Shown one piece after another: positions 1 to 12,520 of a stretch of 64,000 bases of DNA; the first letter of the stretch is position 1, and every line of letters starts with the position of its first letter. Where the stretch lies: the NCBI GenBank assembly GCA_043228905.1, contig JBHGNT010000016.1, positions 15,314,001-15,378,000 on the forward strand. The letters run 5' to 3'. Source of the stretch: Azolla caroliniana. Its lineage: Eukaryota > Plantae > Polypodiophyta. A program made the translations under genes and the position numbers. A model generated the notes under the pieces. That model did not search any database. It was not told the origin of the DNA and saw only the letters and a program-made list of their open reading frames with translations.

Positions 1-10
1 ACACAGAAAA

Positions 11-3000
11 ATGGACAATTCGTTGGGAGGCATGTTCAAGCTCACCGGCTCCAACTATTCAGTGTGGAAGTCGAAGATGAGGGACATGCTCGTGGTTAAA
101 GATCTTTGGTTGCCAGTTCAGTTCGGGGACAAGAGACCAGACAAAATCGATGCCACGATATGGGAGGTGATGCACATGAACACAACGGCGTACATACGGT
201 GCTTCATCGACATGAGTCTATACAACAACATCAATGAAGAGAGTAAGGCTCATGAGCTCTGGGAGAAGATCGGCATTATGTTTCAGAACAAAAATGTTGT
301 TAATCAAGTTTCGGTATTTCGGAAGCTAATAAGACTTTGAAACCAAGATGGCTCCAGCATGGTGGAGCACATGAATGCCTTCCAGGGGTTGATCCACCAA
401 GCAACATCATTGGAAGTACCTCTCGCCGATGAGGTACTAGCACTACTCATGCTCGGTTGGTTGTCACTTTAGGCAATGCCGGGCCGGAAGGGAAACAGTT
501 ATCCCTAACAAGAGTGAAGTTGAGCTTGCTAGACGAGGAGGTGCGTCGGAAAGACAAGGATACGAGCTCCGACTCCAAAATGCTCCTTACTGAATCGGAA
601 CGCGGAAGACAAAGGAACCGTAGTCCCCCGAACCGGGAAAATTCGGGGACACGGTCAAAGTCAAGGGGGAGGCCTACTTGCTTATATTGCGGCAAGCCAG
701 GACACTTCCAGAAGAACTGTCGGCACTTCCGAAAGGACAAGGAAACCGAAAGTACCGATTCGAAGCGGACACCGGACCGGAACGGTAAAGACCGAAGGGG
801 GCCGAACCGGAAGGGAATGAAGACAATCGCGGCAAGTGAAGAAGAGTTGATGCTCATCACCGAGGAGAGTGAGTTGAACCTTGCCGGCAACGAGACAACG
901 TGGGTTGTCGATTCTGGAGCATCGTTCCACCTTACCCCGGACCGGAAATGCTTCTCATTCTACACAACCGGTGATCACGGCTGTGTCCGGATGGGGAATG
1001 AAGGTACATGCCGAATTATCGGCATAGGAGACGTATTGTTGACAACACGAACCAGATGCAAGCTGCTACTGAAGGATGTCTGACACGTTCCGGAGGTTCG
1101 ACTGAACCTGATATCAGTCGGTCGGCTAGATGATGAAGGCTACACGAGTAGCATCCGCAACGGAGTCATGAAATTTAGCAAAGGGAGCCTAATAGTGGCT
1201 CAGGCCCGGAAGGTCAACACGTTGTACCTGATGAATGCCCGGCTATGTCCGGAAGAAATGAACGTGGCTTCCGACACTGTCGGTGAGCTGCAGCACAAGA
1301 GACTGTGTCACATGAGCGTGAAGTGGATGAAGAGGCTTGCCGATGACAACCTCATTCCGGTGAAGAACGTGCATCTTGAGAGGTGCACCGACTGCCTAGC
1401 CGGTAAGCAAAACCGGACCTCCTTCCAATCAAGGCCACCGATGAGACGTAATGCACCATTGGAGTTGGTGCATACCGATGTGTGTCAAGTGGACACGAAG
1501 TCCCATGTCGGAGCGCAGTACTTTGTGACGTTCATAGATGACCATAGCAGGAGGCTATGGACCACACCGTTGAAGACAAAGGATCAGGTGTTATCCGTCT
1601 TCAAGGAGCTCCACGCAAGAGTGGAAAGAGAAACCGGACGGAAGCTGAAGTCCGTTCGAGCAAATAACGGAGGGGAATACCGGGGGCAGTTCGAGGAGTA
1701 CTGCCGCTCGAAGGGAATCCGGCTCAAATTTTCCATGCCGAAGATGCCGGAACTAAATGGGCTAGCGGAGAGGATGAACCAGACCATAATGGAAAGGGTC
1801 CGGAGTATGCTTGCGCATGCAAAATTACCCAAGACGTTTTGGGCTAGCCCATGCTAAACTACCCAAGACATTTTGGGCTGAGGCGCTGTCGACAACGACG
1901 TATGTGATAAACAAATCACGCTAAGTGGCCTTGGATGGAGACACGCCGCAAAAGGTGTGAACCGGTAAGGAAGTGTCCTATCGGCATTTGAAGGTGTTCG
2001 TGTGACTCGCGTACGTGCATGTTGCTAAGGACCGGAGAGGAAAGTTGGATCCAAAGACCCGGCCATGCATATTACTTGGATACGGCGATGATGAGTTCGG
2101 CTACCGAGTGTGGGATCCGGTTGACAAGAAGGTTTTCCGGAACCGAGATATTATCTTCATGGAGGACAAGACTCTTGCCGATTGGGAGTCGGAGAAGAAC
2201 ATAATGAACTCTGATGAGATTCAGACCCACCCGGCTAAGAGCCGGTTGACACTTGAGGAACCAGCCGGTTACGGTGAGGATACCGAACCGGCTAGAAGAA
2301 GTAGTAGAGGAAGCTAAAACCGGAACCGGCCAAAACCCCGAATCGGATTCGGATGAAGAACAAATGGAGGAGCCAGTTGCCGAAAGCCAAAGATGGAGAT
2401 ATCCTCTCAGAGAGAGAAGGGCCCCCCGAAGATTTCCGGATGCAGAGCATGTGTTGCTGACCGATGAGGTGGAGCCGAAAAGCTTCGAAGAAGTGAAGGA
2501 CAACACCCATAGCCGCAAGTGGTTAAGTGCCATGCAGGACGAGATGGATTCCCTGCATGAGAGCCACACGTATAAATTGGTGGAGTTGCCGAAAGGAAAG
2601 AGGGCACTCTGAAGCAAGTGGGTGTACAAGTTGAAACCGGGAGATGTCGGCAACCCTCCAAGGTACAAAGCTAGGATCGTGGTGAAGGGGTTCCAGCAGA
2701 AGAAGGGCGTGGAATTCAACGAGATATTTGCCCCAGTAGTAAAGATGACCTCCATCTGGACGGTGTTGAGCATAGCGGCAAGCATGGACCTCGAGGTAGA
2801 GCAGTTAGACGTGAAGACGACGTTCCTCCATGGAGACCTCGAAGAGGAGATCTACATGCAGCAACCGGAAGGATTTGTGAAGAAAGGGAAGGAGCACCTA
2901 GTTTGCCGGTTAAAAAAGAGCCTCTATGGGTTGAAGCAGGCTCCCCGGCAATGGTACCGGAAGTTCGACTCATTCATGACCGATCAAGGGTACCACAAGA

Positions 3001-4042
3001 CGCAGGCCGATCATTGCGTATTTGTGAAGAAGTTCGAAGGTGGAGACTTCCTGATACTCCTCTTATACGTGGACGACATGTTGATCGTCGGACGAGACCA
3101 AGTCAAGATACAGACGCTGAAGAAGGCCCTGAACCGGACCATCTCAATGAAAGACTTGGGTCCGGCAAGACAGATGATGGGGATGCATATCATCCGAGAC
3201 TGGCCAACGAAGCAATTGTGGCTGTCACAGGAGAAGTACGTGACAAAGGTGCTTCAGCGGTTCAACATGTCAAATGCGAGACCGGTCGGATCGACACTTC
3301 CGGCAAACTGCAAGTTATCTGCTAAGCAAAGCCCGAAGATGAAGGCAAGAAGGCGGATATGATGAAGATACCATATGCCTCTGCCGTCGGGAGCCTAATG
3401 TACGCAATGGTGTGTACCCAACCAGATATCGGAAATGCAGTCTGAGTGGTGAGCCGGTTTATGAGTAATCCCGGTAAGGAGCACTAGAATGCGGTAAAAT
3501 GGATACTTCGATACTTGAAAGGCACCTCAAGTATGTGCCTCCGATTCGGCTCCAGTAAACCCCAACTTGACAGTTTCACCGATTCGGATATGTCGGCTAA
3601 TGCGGATACCAGCCGGTCAACATCCAAATATGTCATGACATATGCGGGGGGAACTGTTTCGTGGCAATTGAGGCTTCAGAAGACGGTTGCGTTGTCAACC
3701 GCGGAAGGGGAGTACATGGGGGCTGTGCAAGCCGGCAAGGAAATACTATGGATGAAGGACTTCATCAAAGAGCTAGGGATCCGGCAAGAGGAATACCGGC
3801 TCTATTGTGACAGTCAAAGTGCCATCCACCTTGTGAAGAATGCAGCGTATCATTCCAGGACGAAGCACATCCAGCGGAGGTACCACTGGATTCGGGAGTG
3901 AGTAGAAGACCGAGAGTTCATGCTGACAAAGATCCAAACGGAGGAGAATGGGTCGGATATGTTGACCAACGTGTTGATGCCAGACAAGCTAGACGCATGC
4001 CGGAAGGAGATCGGATTGACGAGGCATCCCATGCCGGAGTGA
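11..4042 (+). pseudogene. Disrupted copia gag-pol polyprotein
   Basis: ORF fragments 11-340, 457-1083, 1168-1857, 2015-2612, 2622-3362, 3515-3901 are collinear with copia-2 but broken by stops and frameshifts. Ends HPMPE* at 4042. Confidence 0.92.
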
Positions 4043-4052
4043 AGGGGGAGTT

Positions 4053-4670
4053 TGTTAGGATCTCAGTCCCTCCGGATGGGATACGAAGGCCCAACATCAG
4101 AAGACCCGGTGAGAACCGAATGACGAGTACCCGGCCAGGAAGACCCGGTGAGAACCGGATGTTGCAAGCCTGGTGAGAACCTCTCACCGGATGAAGGGAC
4201 ACATATGTAGATATGTTTCTGAGAGCCCATTGGGGCTATATCTGTAAATAGTCCTAATGTCATATTAGTATAAATGTGACCTAGGGAAAACAGTGTGATG
4301 GGAATCATAGTTGTTGTTATTACCTTTGTATAGTGTGATTGGTGTAATGACTGTACAGAGAGAGAGAGACAGAGACAGAGACAAAGAGAGAGCGATACAG
4401 AGCATGTGTCTATTGTAATCGCCGCCAAGCAAAGATTGTGAGCAAGAGGTCATTGCCTCCATGCTCCCTGTTGTACTCCTTGACATAGTGATAGTTTGGA
4501 GTCTATGGACTCCCATGGTTTTTCCCTCTCAAGGTTTTCCACGCTAACATCTTGTGTATTCTCTTTCTGTTTTTGTACTTACCTCCATTCCCATTTCCTC
4601 TGTGTTTGATTTTCATCAAGTGATCTACGCTTCGGTTGTGGCCGGAGATTAGTCCGCATATTTCACGTCA
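4053..4670 (+). repeat. 3' LTR of copia-1
   Basis: Starts TGTTAGGA after the PPT. Contains U3 short repeats, TATAAAT at ~4269 and an (AG)n tract. Ends ...cacgtca, matching the ...cccgtca end of copia-2. Confidence 0.8.
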
Positions 4671-7600
4671 CAAGATAAGGCGGTGGATTAGAATGGGGAC
4701 ACAAAACATCCGAGTAACTAAGGCACTCTCATTTCGTGAAAATAGAGCAATTGGAGAGCATAAGTGCTTACAGGTAATCCGAAGAATGCAGACAAGCCCA
4801 GGCACTCCAAATCTTCTCAACACCAGTGAAAGCAAAGAAGACCCCGCACCCATGGCGTTATCCAAAGCAACCAAAGCATGGTTCAACCGGAACGGACTAG
4901 AGGGATTCCTCCGAATAGTAGAAGCACCTCCGCACGAGGAACCGAAGAAGGTCGTTATGCGGACAAACCTCGAGGAAATAATAGAGGAAGTTGTGCGTAC
5001 CCTAATCGGACTACTGGTGGGAGGACTATTCTCCATTGAAAGCCCTTCCACCGAGACCCTGACTGAGTACTTTGGTGAGTACTCCATCACTGGCAAGGCG
5101 TATAGAACACAAGGGGGCAAAGACCCCCTATTCCGAGAGGTTGCACGCGTTCTCCACGAATACGGCTTCCTGCACCCCCACCCTCCAGCAATGCCTTAAA
5201 ATATAGCCGTATTTATCATCGTAACATACAAAGCAGTTAAAGTAGATTGGTCGGTGATCATCGCTAATTCATTGTGAGTGTCCATCCAATCGGTTGTGGA
5301 TGGGAAGAAGGTATGGACTGCAGTAGCGTAGTGACTAACACTTCTCGCAGCCTAGGTGCCAGCCATTAAGGCAAAGAAGAGGGCTTGACTGAGAGATACA
5401 ACGCCGAACAAGCCATCCAAGCTGCAACAACTCCTGGCCAAGCATAACCCCAGATGGGCAGAGGGATGTTCGGCGCAGAAGGAAACGGAGCAGCCAAGGG
5501 ATTCGGTGCAGAAGGAAATGGAAACAGTGGTGCCAATGGAAAAGCAAGCAAAGGCCTTCAGAATCAAGCTGCGTCGACAGGAAAAGGAAATGGACGACCT
5601 TGTTTGGAGGGCGCACCAAGAAAACACGAGGGAAGAGGCAGAGGAAGAACCAGCCGAAACCCTCCAACATCGGTCAAGGAAGCACGACACAAAGCAGCAG
5701 GGGGAAGGAGTGGGTCCAACGCTCGACAACACCCCAGTGACCTGCTCAGTGGTGGGAGAACCCCGGATAGAGGCAGAACCTGAAATAAGGCTAGAAACGG
5801 TGACCACAGGTCAGCAAGAACCAGTTATAGTGATGTAGACCTCGCCAGGCCTTCAAGAACAGAAACACGAGGAAAGCCATCCAGAGCAGACACCAGTACC
5901 ACTAACCCAAGGGTTCAAAACGGAGGCCGAACCAACAGTGGCACACGGACTGCCATTCGTCCTCCCAATACAACAAGGAACCTCCCGACAATGGCTGAGA
6001 TGGCTAGGCGAGCAGGTGTCGAGAAATGTGAACCGGTTAGAGCAAGAGGAAAGGGTGCAAATGGATCGGTTGCTAGCCATGACTAAAGAATTAGAAAAGT
6101 CCCGAAAACGGATTCGGAGCTTAGAAGAAGCAAGAACATGCGGTCGGTACGGCCCAGACGACGCCAAAGACAACCACAAAGCCGGTGGCACGGGCTAATA
6201 CACAAACAAGCAATGAACCAGGGGCTAACATAGCACCGATAACGAATAACGAGCATGAGCAAGAAATAGCCACCTTAAAGGAAGAGTTAGCAGCTCAGGA
6301 GGCCCTACGAGGCAAAGAGAGGGATCAGAAGAAAGCAGTCGAGGAAGAGAAGCGAAGAATTGAATAAACCCTCCGAAAAGCTCAAGCAAGCAACGACCGG
6401 CTGAAGGAGGAGAAAGAAAAACTGTTGCAAGAAAAAGACAAGCTTCGGAAGATGGCAGAAAGCAAAATTGAATGGCTGAAGGAGGAGCTCTGGCAACAGA
6501 AAGATAGGGAGGACCGCGCACGAGGGAAAATCAACCGGAAGTTAAAACAAAAAACAAATGATTTTGAGAAGCTGCACGGGGATCACAAACAACTTGATGC
6601 GGAGCATAGGAAGTTAATTGTAGAGTGTGACCGGCAGCAAGAGAAGATCAGAGAGCTCCAAGCTGAAGTAGCAAAGAAAGTGGATGCCTTGGCAGAGGAA
6701 CAGACAAAGGCAGTCGAGTCAGCGAAGCTGCTAGAGGAGGCACCAAGAGAAAGGACGGTGCTCACCCAGCAACATTACGAGGAGGTTGAATGACCAAAAA
6801 TGGTTCTGGATAGGGTTCATACGACCTATCAGACCCAATTGTTGGACTATGGGGTACAGGCCCACGCAACCACGGCTCTGATAAAGAAGTTGAAGGAGAA
6901 CAAGAAGGCTGCAAAGGACAAGTCCAAGCAGGGGGTCAACCGAATCCGGGCTATGGTGCTGGCATGGAAAGAACGAATGAAGCGGATGATCGAAAAAAGC
7001 TTGGTAGAATAGTGGACAAAATGGACGCAACAAGCAGCCGAGTTACAGGTCCTACGAGCGGACGTCAAGAATTGGAGAAAAGAATACTACCACTTCTATA
7101 AGATGGATGCGGAAAGCATTGTCACCATCCGAGAAGAGTTCTCGGATGACTTTCTGTCCTTGGCCAAAGAGCAATTGGCTGTTGTCAAAAGGCTGGTGGA
7201 ACGATTAGATGATGACCAGCTCGGCACCCAACTCCAATTCGAGCGATTCGAATGGGAGCATCGACAAAAGGAGATAGTGCAGATGAAGGTCGCGATCAAC
7301 CTCAATGATGAAGAACAATCTCCGGATCAGCCACCAATTGAAACCGAGGCCGGGGCAGCGCAGCCGGATAGAGACAAAACAGAGTAGCCAGATGAAGCCG
7401 GATCGGAACAACCAACATAAGCCAAACAGGAGCAGCCGGAAGGAGTAGAAGAAGAGCCGAGAGCGAAGGGAGCCGGAGAAGACGGAAATGCCGGAAATGG
7501 AAAGGAGCAACAGTAGCTAGAGCGGGAGCAACAAAGTGAGGAACCCCTTGACCTGACTATCTTAGACATACTTGATGAGGAGTAGTGGAGCTAACCCATG

Positions 7601-8110
7601 GGTTCGTCATACAAGGTGTTGTCCCACAGGCGTGCCATGTGTTGGCCGTTGGCGGCCAAGTATGTAATGAGGAAGGGGTGAGCCGGTTTCCAGATATATA
7701 ATAATATTATTAGTTATGGACGGATCCGGAATAGGTATGCCAATCCGGATCCAGACTGATTCGTAGCCGGTTGCTAGTTAGGCACCATTTTGTAGCACTT
7801 AACCAGATGCCTATAAAAGGATCCGGGTATCGATGTATTTAGACGACGGAATATTAATATAAGAAAGTTTTGTTATTTTATCTTGTGGATGTTTATGTTC
7901 CTATTCCGGTATGCACTTAACGTATGGATCTTACGTGTGTAATTGAGGTGTGTAGTGAATCCAGATACAGAACCGGAAGATAACCGGTTATGGTTGTTAG
8001 TGTTGAATCCCTTACCATAACCACCCTTTGGTGAAGTGTTCCAAAGGGACACCTTGTGTTAAAGGCAAGTCCGGCCCAGGAGTAACAGAAGCGAGCGAAC
8101 TTTTTGCACA
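4671..8110 (+). mobile_element. 3' portion of a probable non-chromovirus gypsy element (Tat/Athila-like): decayed extra coiled-coil ORF plus putative LTR
   Basis: Chain of same-strand E/K/Q-rich ORF fragments ~4852-7590, then an LTR-like block (TGTAAT 7663, TATAAAA ~7812, ...tgcaca 8110). No pol in the window, so the clade is inferred. Confidence 0.55.
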
Positions 8111-9030
8111 AATACCTTCAATGTTTTGAGACTTGTTCGAGTTGTGACCTTTTGAATTACTTCGATCTTTGCTTCATCAACATGAACTCCTTCTTAGCAC
8201 ACCACATTCTCCACATTACCTTTACTTGTATATACGACTATTTTATCTAGATTCTCATCTTGAAAATGATGTGAAAGTTGATCTCGTTTGGTTGAGTCAT
8301 TCAAGGGTTTGAAGTCAATGACATTCTTCTTTGGAACCACAACAATAGGTGACACACACTTCAAATCCTCCATATGATAAATGAAACTCACTTGAAACAA
8401 TGCTTTCAACTCCTTTATTAGGTCTTCCCTTTCACAATCCCCAATTGTCGAAGCTTTTGGGCAATTGGTACACTTTCCTTCAACTTGATGTGGTGTTTGA
8501 TGCCTTCTCCTCTTATCTGTGAATAGTCATTTATGAATAACTTTGGAAACTTAGAAAGAAAAAAAATAAACCTTAGATTCTCTTCTCCTTGCACTTTGTT
8601 TGAATCATCATCTTTTTCCCCTTTATGGTAATAATACCTACTTCAATGACTTCTCCTTCATCCTTCGACACCACGTGGAACAATTTCTTTTCCATATCCC
8701 ACGAAGATCGATCTCTTGTTATGCTTTCCTCTTCTTGCTTGCCATTGTCGATAGATGTTTCCTTCTCCTTTATACACTTGAGTACTCGTTGTAGATACAA
8801 GTCGTAGAATATGTTAAACCACTTTGATGGTGATAAGTTCATCATACTCCAATCCTGTATTACATGTAATTCTTACATCCAAGATCTTACTAATACTAAG
8901 GAGCAAGATGGCCCTTTATGGAGTATCACATGTAAATCCATTGAAATGGATATGCCAAAACACTCAATAACAACATCCTCTATATAGAAGACATAATTTT
9001 TCTCTCTAAATCCGAACACGACTTACAAAG
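8111..9030 (-). pseudogene. Old gypsy pol remnant (RT N-terminus)
   Basis: ORF 8194-8409 reads VSPIVVVPKKN..IDFKPLNDSTKRD, a decayed gypsy RT motif. Probably the same old element as the gag at 21.2-22.4 kb. Confidence 0.65.
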
Positions 9031-9280
9031 GCTAGGAGGCTTAAGACTGGCGTTGAACCGATTTGGTTCTAAATAATTCCTTGTGCCTCCTTTTATAGTG
9101 TTCTCAGGAGTACTCCTGAAGTTTCTAGAATATTCTAGAGAAATCTGGAATATACATCAATTTTTTATAGTAAAACTTAAATGAAAATAATATCCTTCGT
9201 ATTACAAAACATAGCCTAAGGGTAAGAGCTCGACCCATGTAACATAAGGTCATGGGTTTGAGTCTTGCCATATCATGACA
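9031..9280 (-). repeat. Truncated 3' LTR of chromovirus copy 1
   Basis: Matches 19781-20025; similarity stops at ~9031. Confidence 0.88.
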
Positions 9281-11739
9281 CTTTCCTCACTTTAAAACGA
9301 CGAGTGGCATGAGTCGTTTTGGATTGAGGATCAGGTTTGTCTGGATATTGACGATAGAAGTCTTCAAGAAGACCACGAGCATTGGCCACATTCTCTATCG
9401 GTTCCCAAGTACACTCGTTGGGACTATATCCTAGCCAATCGACTAAATAGTAGATCTTGTTGCGAACAATCTTGGAATCGAGGATGGCGGCAACCTCGTA
9501 CTCAGGTCCATCTTCAAGCTCGATCGGGGGTGGAGGTTGTTTAATACGACCTGGGATGGTGGTGTCTTGATAGGGTTCGAGGAGAGAACTATGAAACACC
9601 GAATGTATCCGAAGTTGTGGAGGTAGATCGAGACGAAAAGCGACATCATTAATTTTTCCGATAATACGGAAAGGACCTAATCGTCAGTAATCCAACTTCT
9701 CGCATGGGTGAGTAGTCTTGACGTGTCGTCGTAGTAGCCACACCCGATCTCCAATGTCAAAACTGGATGGAAACCGATGACGATCCGCGTAAACCTTGTG
9801 TGTTTGTTGAGCTTGTTGTAGATGAGTAGATAAATCTGCTTGTATCTTATGTAGCCGCTCCAAACGATCCTCTGCACAAGAAATTGTAGGTAACTCTAGG
9901 GTTTCAAATAGACACCACCGAGGGTGAAAGCCCATGTAAGCATAAAATGGTGTCACCTTTGTCGATGAGTGGACAGAGTTATTATACGCAAATTCGGTGA
10001 AGTGGAGAATATCCGCCCAGTCATCTTGATGATAGCTTAAAAAGCACCGAAGCTACTGCTCCAGCGTTTGATTTGTTCGTTCTGCTTGGCCGTGTGTTTG
10101 TGGGTGGTAGCCGGAGGAGAGGTTACAAGTGACCTAAAGCATTTTAAAGAGGTGCTTCCAAAACTTCGAGACGAACTGGGGTCCGCGGTCGCTAATGATA
10201 CTATCGGGAAGGCCATGATTCCGACATACTTCACGCATGACCATTTCGGTGGTTTCTTCACTGGAGATTTCCTTAGTACATGGCAAGAAATGGGCCATCT
10301 TTGTATATCGATCTACTATTGTTAAGATTGCATCGAATCCCTTAGAGACCGAAAGATCTGTGATGAAATCTAGGGCAATGGATTGTCATGGCTTGCTTGG
10401 AATTGGTAATGGTTCTAATAAACCATATGGATGATGCCTTGGCATTTTTTCTCTACAACATGTATCACAAATCCGAACAAAATCTTTGACAAATTGTCGC
10501 ATATGGGGCCACCAGAACGATCCTTGTACTAAATCTAGTGTTTTAGTACACCAAAATGCCAAATTGTATATGTGTCATGAGAGTTTTGGACTACTTGAAG
10601 GTGACAAGTACCATTAGGAACATACAAGAGTTTCTTAAAGAATAGTAATCCATCATGACATTCGAATTGTCAATAGTCCGCACCTGGTTGTTGCGACTCT
10701 GAACAAGATGCTCGAGAGGGATCAATTTGTGCTAGAATGGCTTGAGCGAAAACATCTGTCTTCAAGTTCTCACGTATGGTATCGATAATGTGGGAATCCA
10801 GGGGCATACCGAAGACCTACGTTGCTTGCAATCGTGCCGGTCCCAAGATTACTTGCTTTTGGTTATCGAAAGCCTTCTCGCCGGGACACAGTGCTAGATA
10901 CGAACGTCGTGATAATGCATCTACCTTCCCTTGTTGCTTCCCAGGACGATATGTAATTTTGAAGTCGAAACGAGTGAGGAATTGGGGCCACCGAGCTTGA
11001 CGTTGATTTAACACACGAGCATTCTAAAAGTAGGCAAGGTTTTTGTGATCACTGAATACGATGACTTGATGAGAAGACCCCTCTAGAAAATGTCTCCATT
11101 GCGTAAAAGAGTCCACTATTGTTAATAGCTCCTTATCATGAATTTCATAGTTGATTTCCGTGGCGTCAAACTTGCGTGAATGGAAAGCCACAGGATGGAG
11201 CTTTTCATCATCGCCTTGTTGAGATAGAATGCTACCCAAGGCAAAATCTGACGCATCTGCTTCAATGATGAATGGTTTTTCTGGATCAACCGGAGCTAAA
11301 ATAGGAGCTAATGTAAATGCCTTCTTAAGACTCTCAAAAGCAATGTCTGCTTCTTCAGACCAAATGAACGATTTTCCCTTCCTGGTAAGTTGTTAGAGAG
11401 GCAGAACAAGCTTTGAGTAATCCTGTATGACCTTGCGGTAAAAATTGGCAAAGCCTAAAAAGCATTGCACATCTCACAACGAACGCGGAGTCTACCACTC
11501 TACCACCGTTTTAACCTTAGATGGATCCATGGAGATGCCTTCCGAGGAAATGACATAGCCCAAAAATATTACTTGGTTGCACCTGAAACTACATTTTTCC
11601 AGTTATGCATAAAGACCATGTTCTCGAAGTCGTTTTAGTACTAACAGTACATGAGAATCATGCTCTTCTTGGGTCTTCGAATAAACCAGTAGATCATCCA
11701 AATAGATGATCAAAAAATCATCCAAGAGATCTCAGAATA

Positions 11740-12491
11740 TGTTGGGAGACAGGTCCCTCCGGATGGGAAGGGAGAAGAACAGTGCTAACGAACAAACTCC
11801 GGATGGGAAACGGTATGAGGAGTACCCGGCTACGGAGAGCCGGATGATACAGGCCCGGTGTGAACCGGATGAGTAGTACCCGGCTACGGAGAGCCGGATG
11901 ATACAGGCCCGGTGTGAACCGGATGAGTAGTACCCGGCTACGGAGAGCCGGATGGTGCAGGCCCGGTATGAACCGGATGAGGAGTACCCGGCTACGGAGA
12001 GCCGGATGGTGCAGAACCGGTATGAACCGGAGGAAGAGACATATTCGTAAATATGTTTCTGAGAGCCCATTGTGGCTACATTTGTAAATAGCCGAAAAGT
12101 CATATTAGTATAAATATGACTTAGGGCAAACTTTTAAGTTGTGGCTGTCATTTTCTTGTTGATGCAAGAAGAAGAAGAGAGAGCACGTAACATTGTACAG
12201 AGAGAGAGAGAGAAAGAGGTCGTTGCCTCTGTTGTAACCGCCGCCTGTGGCGAAGATCGTGAGCACGAGATCGTTGCCTCCGTGAACTCACTGTTTTGTA
12301 CATTCATACATAGTGACAGTTTGCAGCCTGTGGGCTGCCGTGGTTTTTCCCCCTAGTTTGGGGTTTTCCACGTTAACCTCCTGTGTACCATTTCTCTTCT
12401 TTGTGTCGTGTTCTATTTCCCATTTTCTGTGTATGAAAAGAATCTCGGTTGTGGCCGAGTCTTGCGCATAAGGAACGACAAGTTCCCATCA
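11740..12491 (+). repeat. 5' LTR of copia-2, with four 54-bp U3 tandem repeats
   Basis: Unit agtacccggctacggagagccggatg... starts at 11821, 11875, 11929 and 11983. Confidence 0.95.
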
Positions 12492-12520
12492 AGTGGTATC
12501 AGAGCAAAACGACACAAAAA

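Larger units (their letters stand above)
1..4670 (+). mobile_element. Ty1/copia LTR retrotransposon (copia-1, family A); 5' LTR lies outside the window
   Basis: gag CCHC (CLYCGKPGHFQKNC), protease (VVDSGAS), integrase, RT (YVDD) and RNase H in copia order. PPT gaagggggag at 4041-4050, then LTR TG at 4053. Confidence 0.95.

Noticed and set aside
2072-2785. Long antisense ORFs over copia pol (also 14794-15309 and similar)
   Set aside because: Shadow frames of GC-rich coding sequence with no independent motifs.
9205-9280. Functional tRNA gene
   Set aside because: Acceptor and anticodon stems do not pair. Kept only as a tRNA-like promoter module.
11821-12030. Regular repeats resembling a CRISPR array
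   Set aside because: Contiguous 54-bp tandem units without unique spacers, inside a copia LTR; no cas genes.
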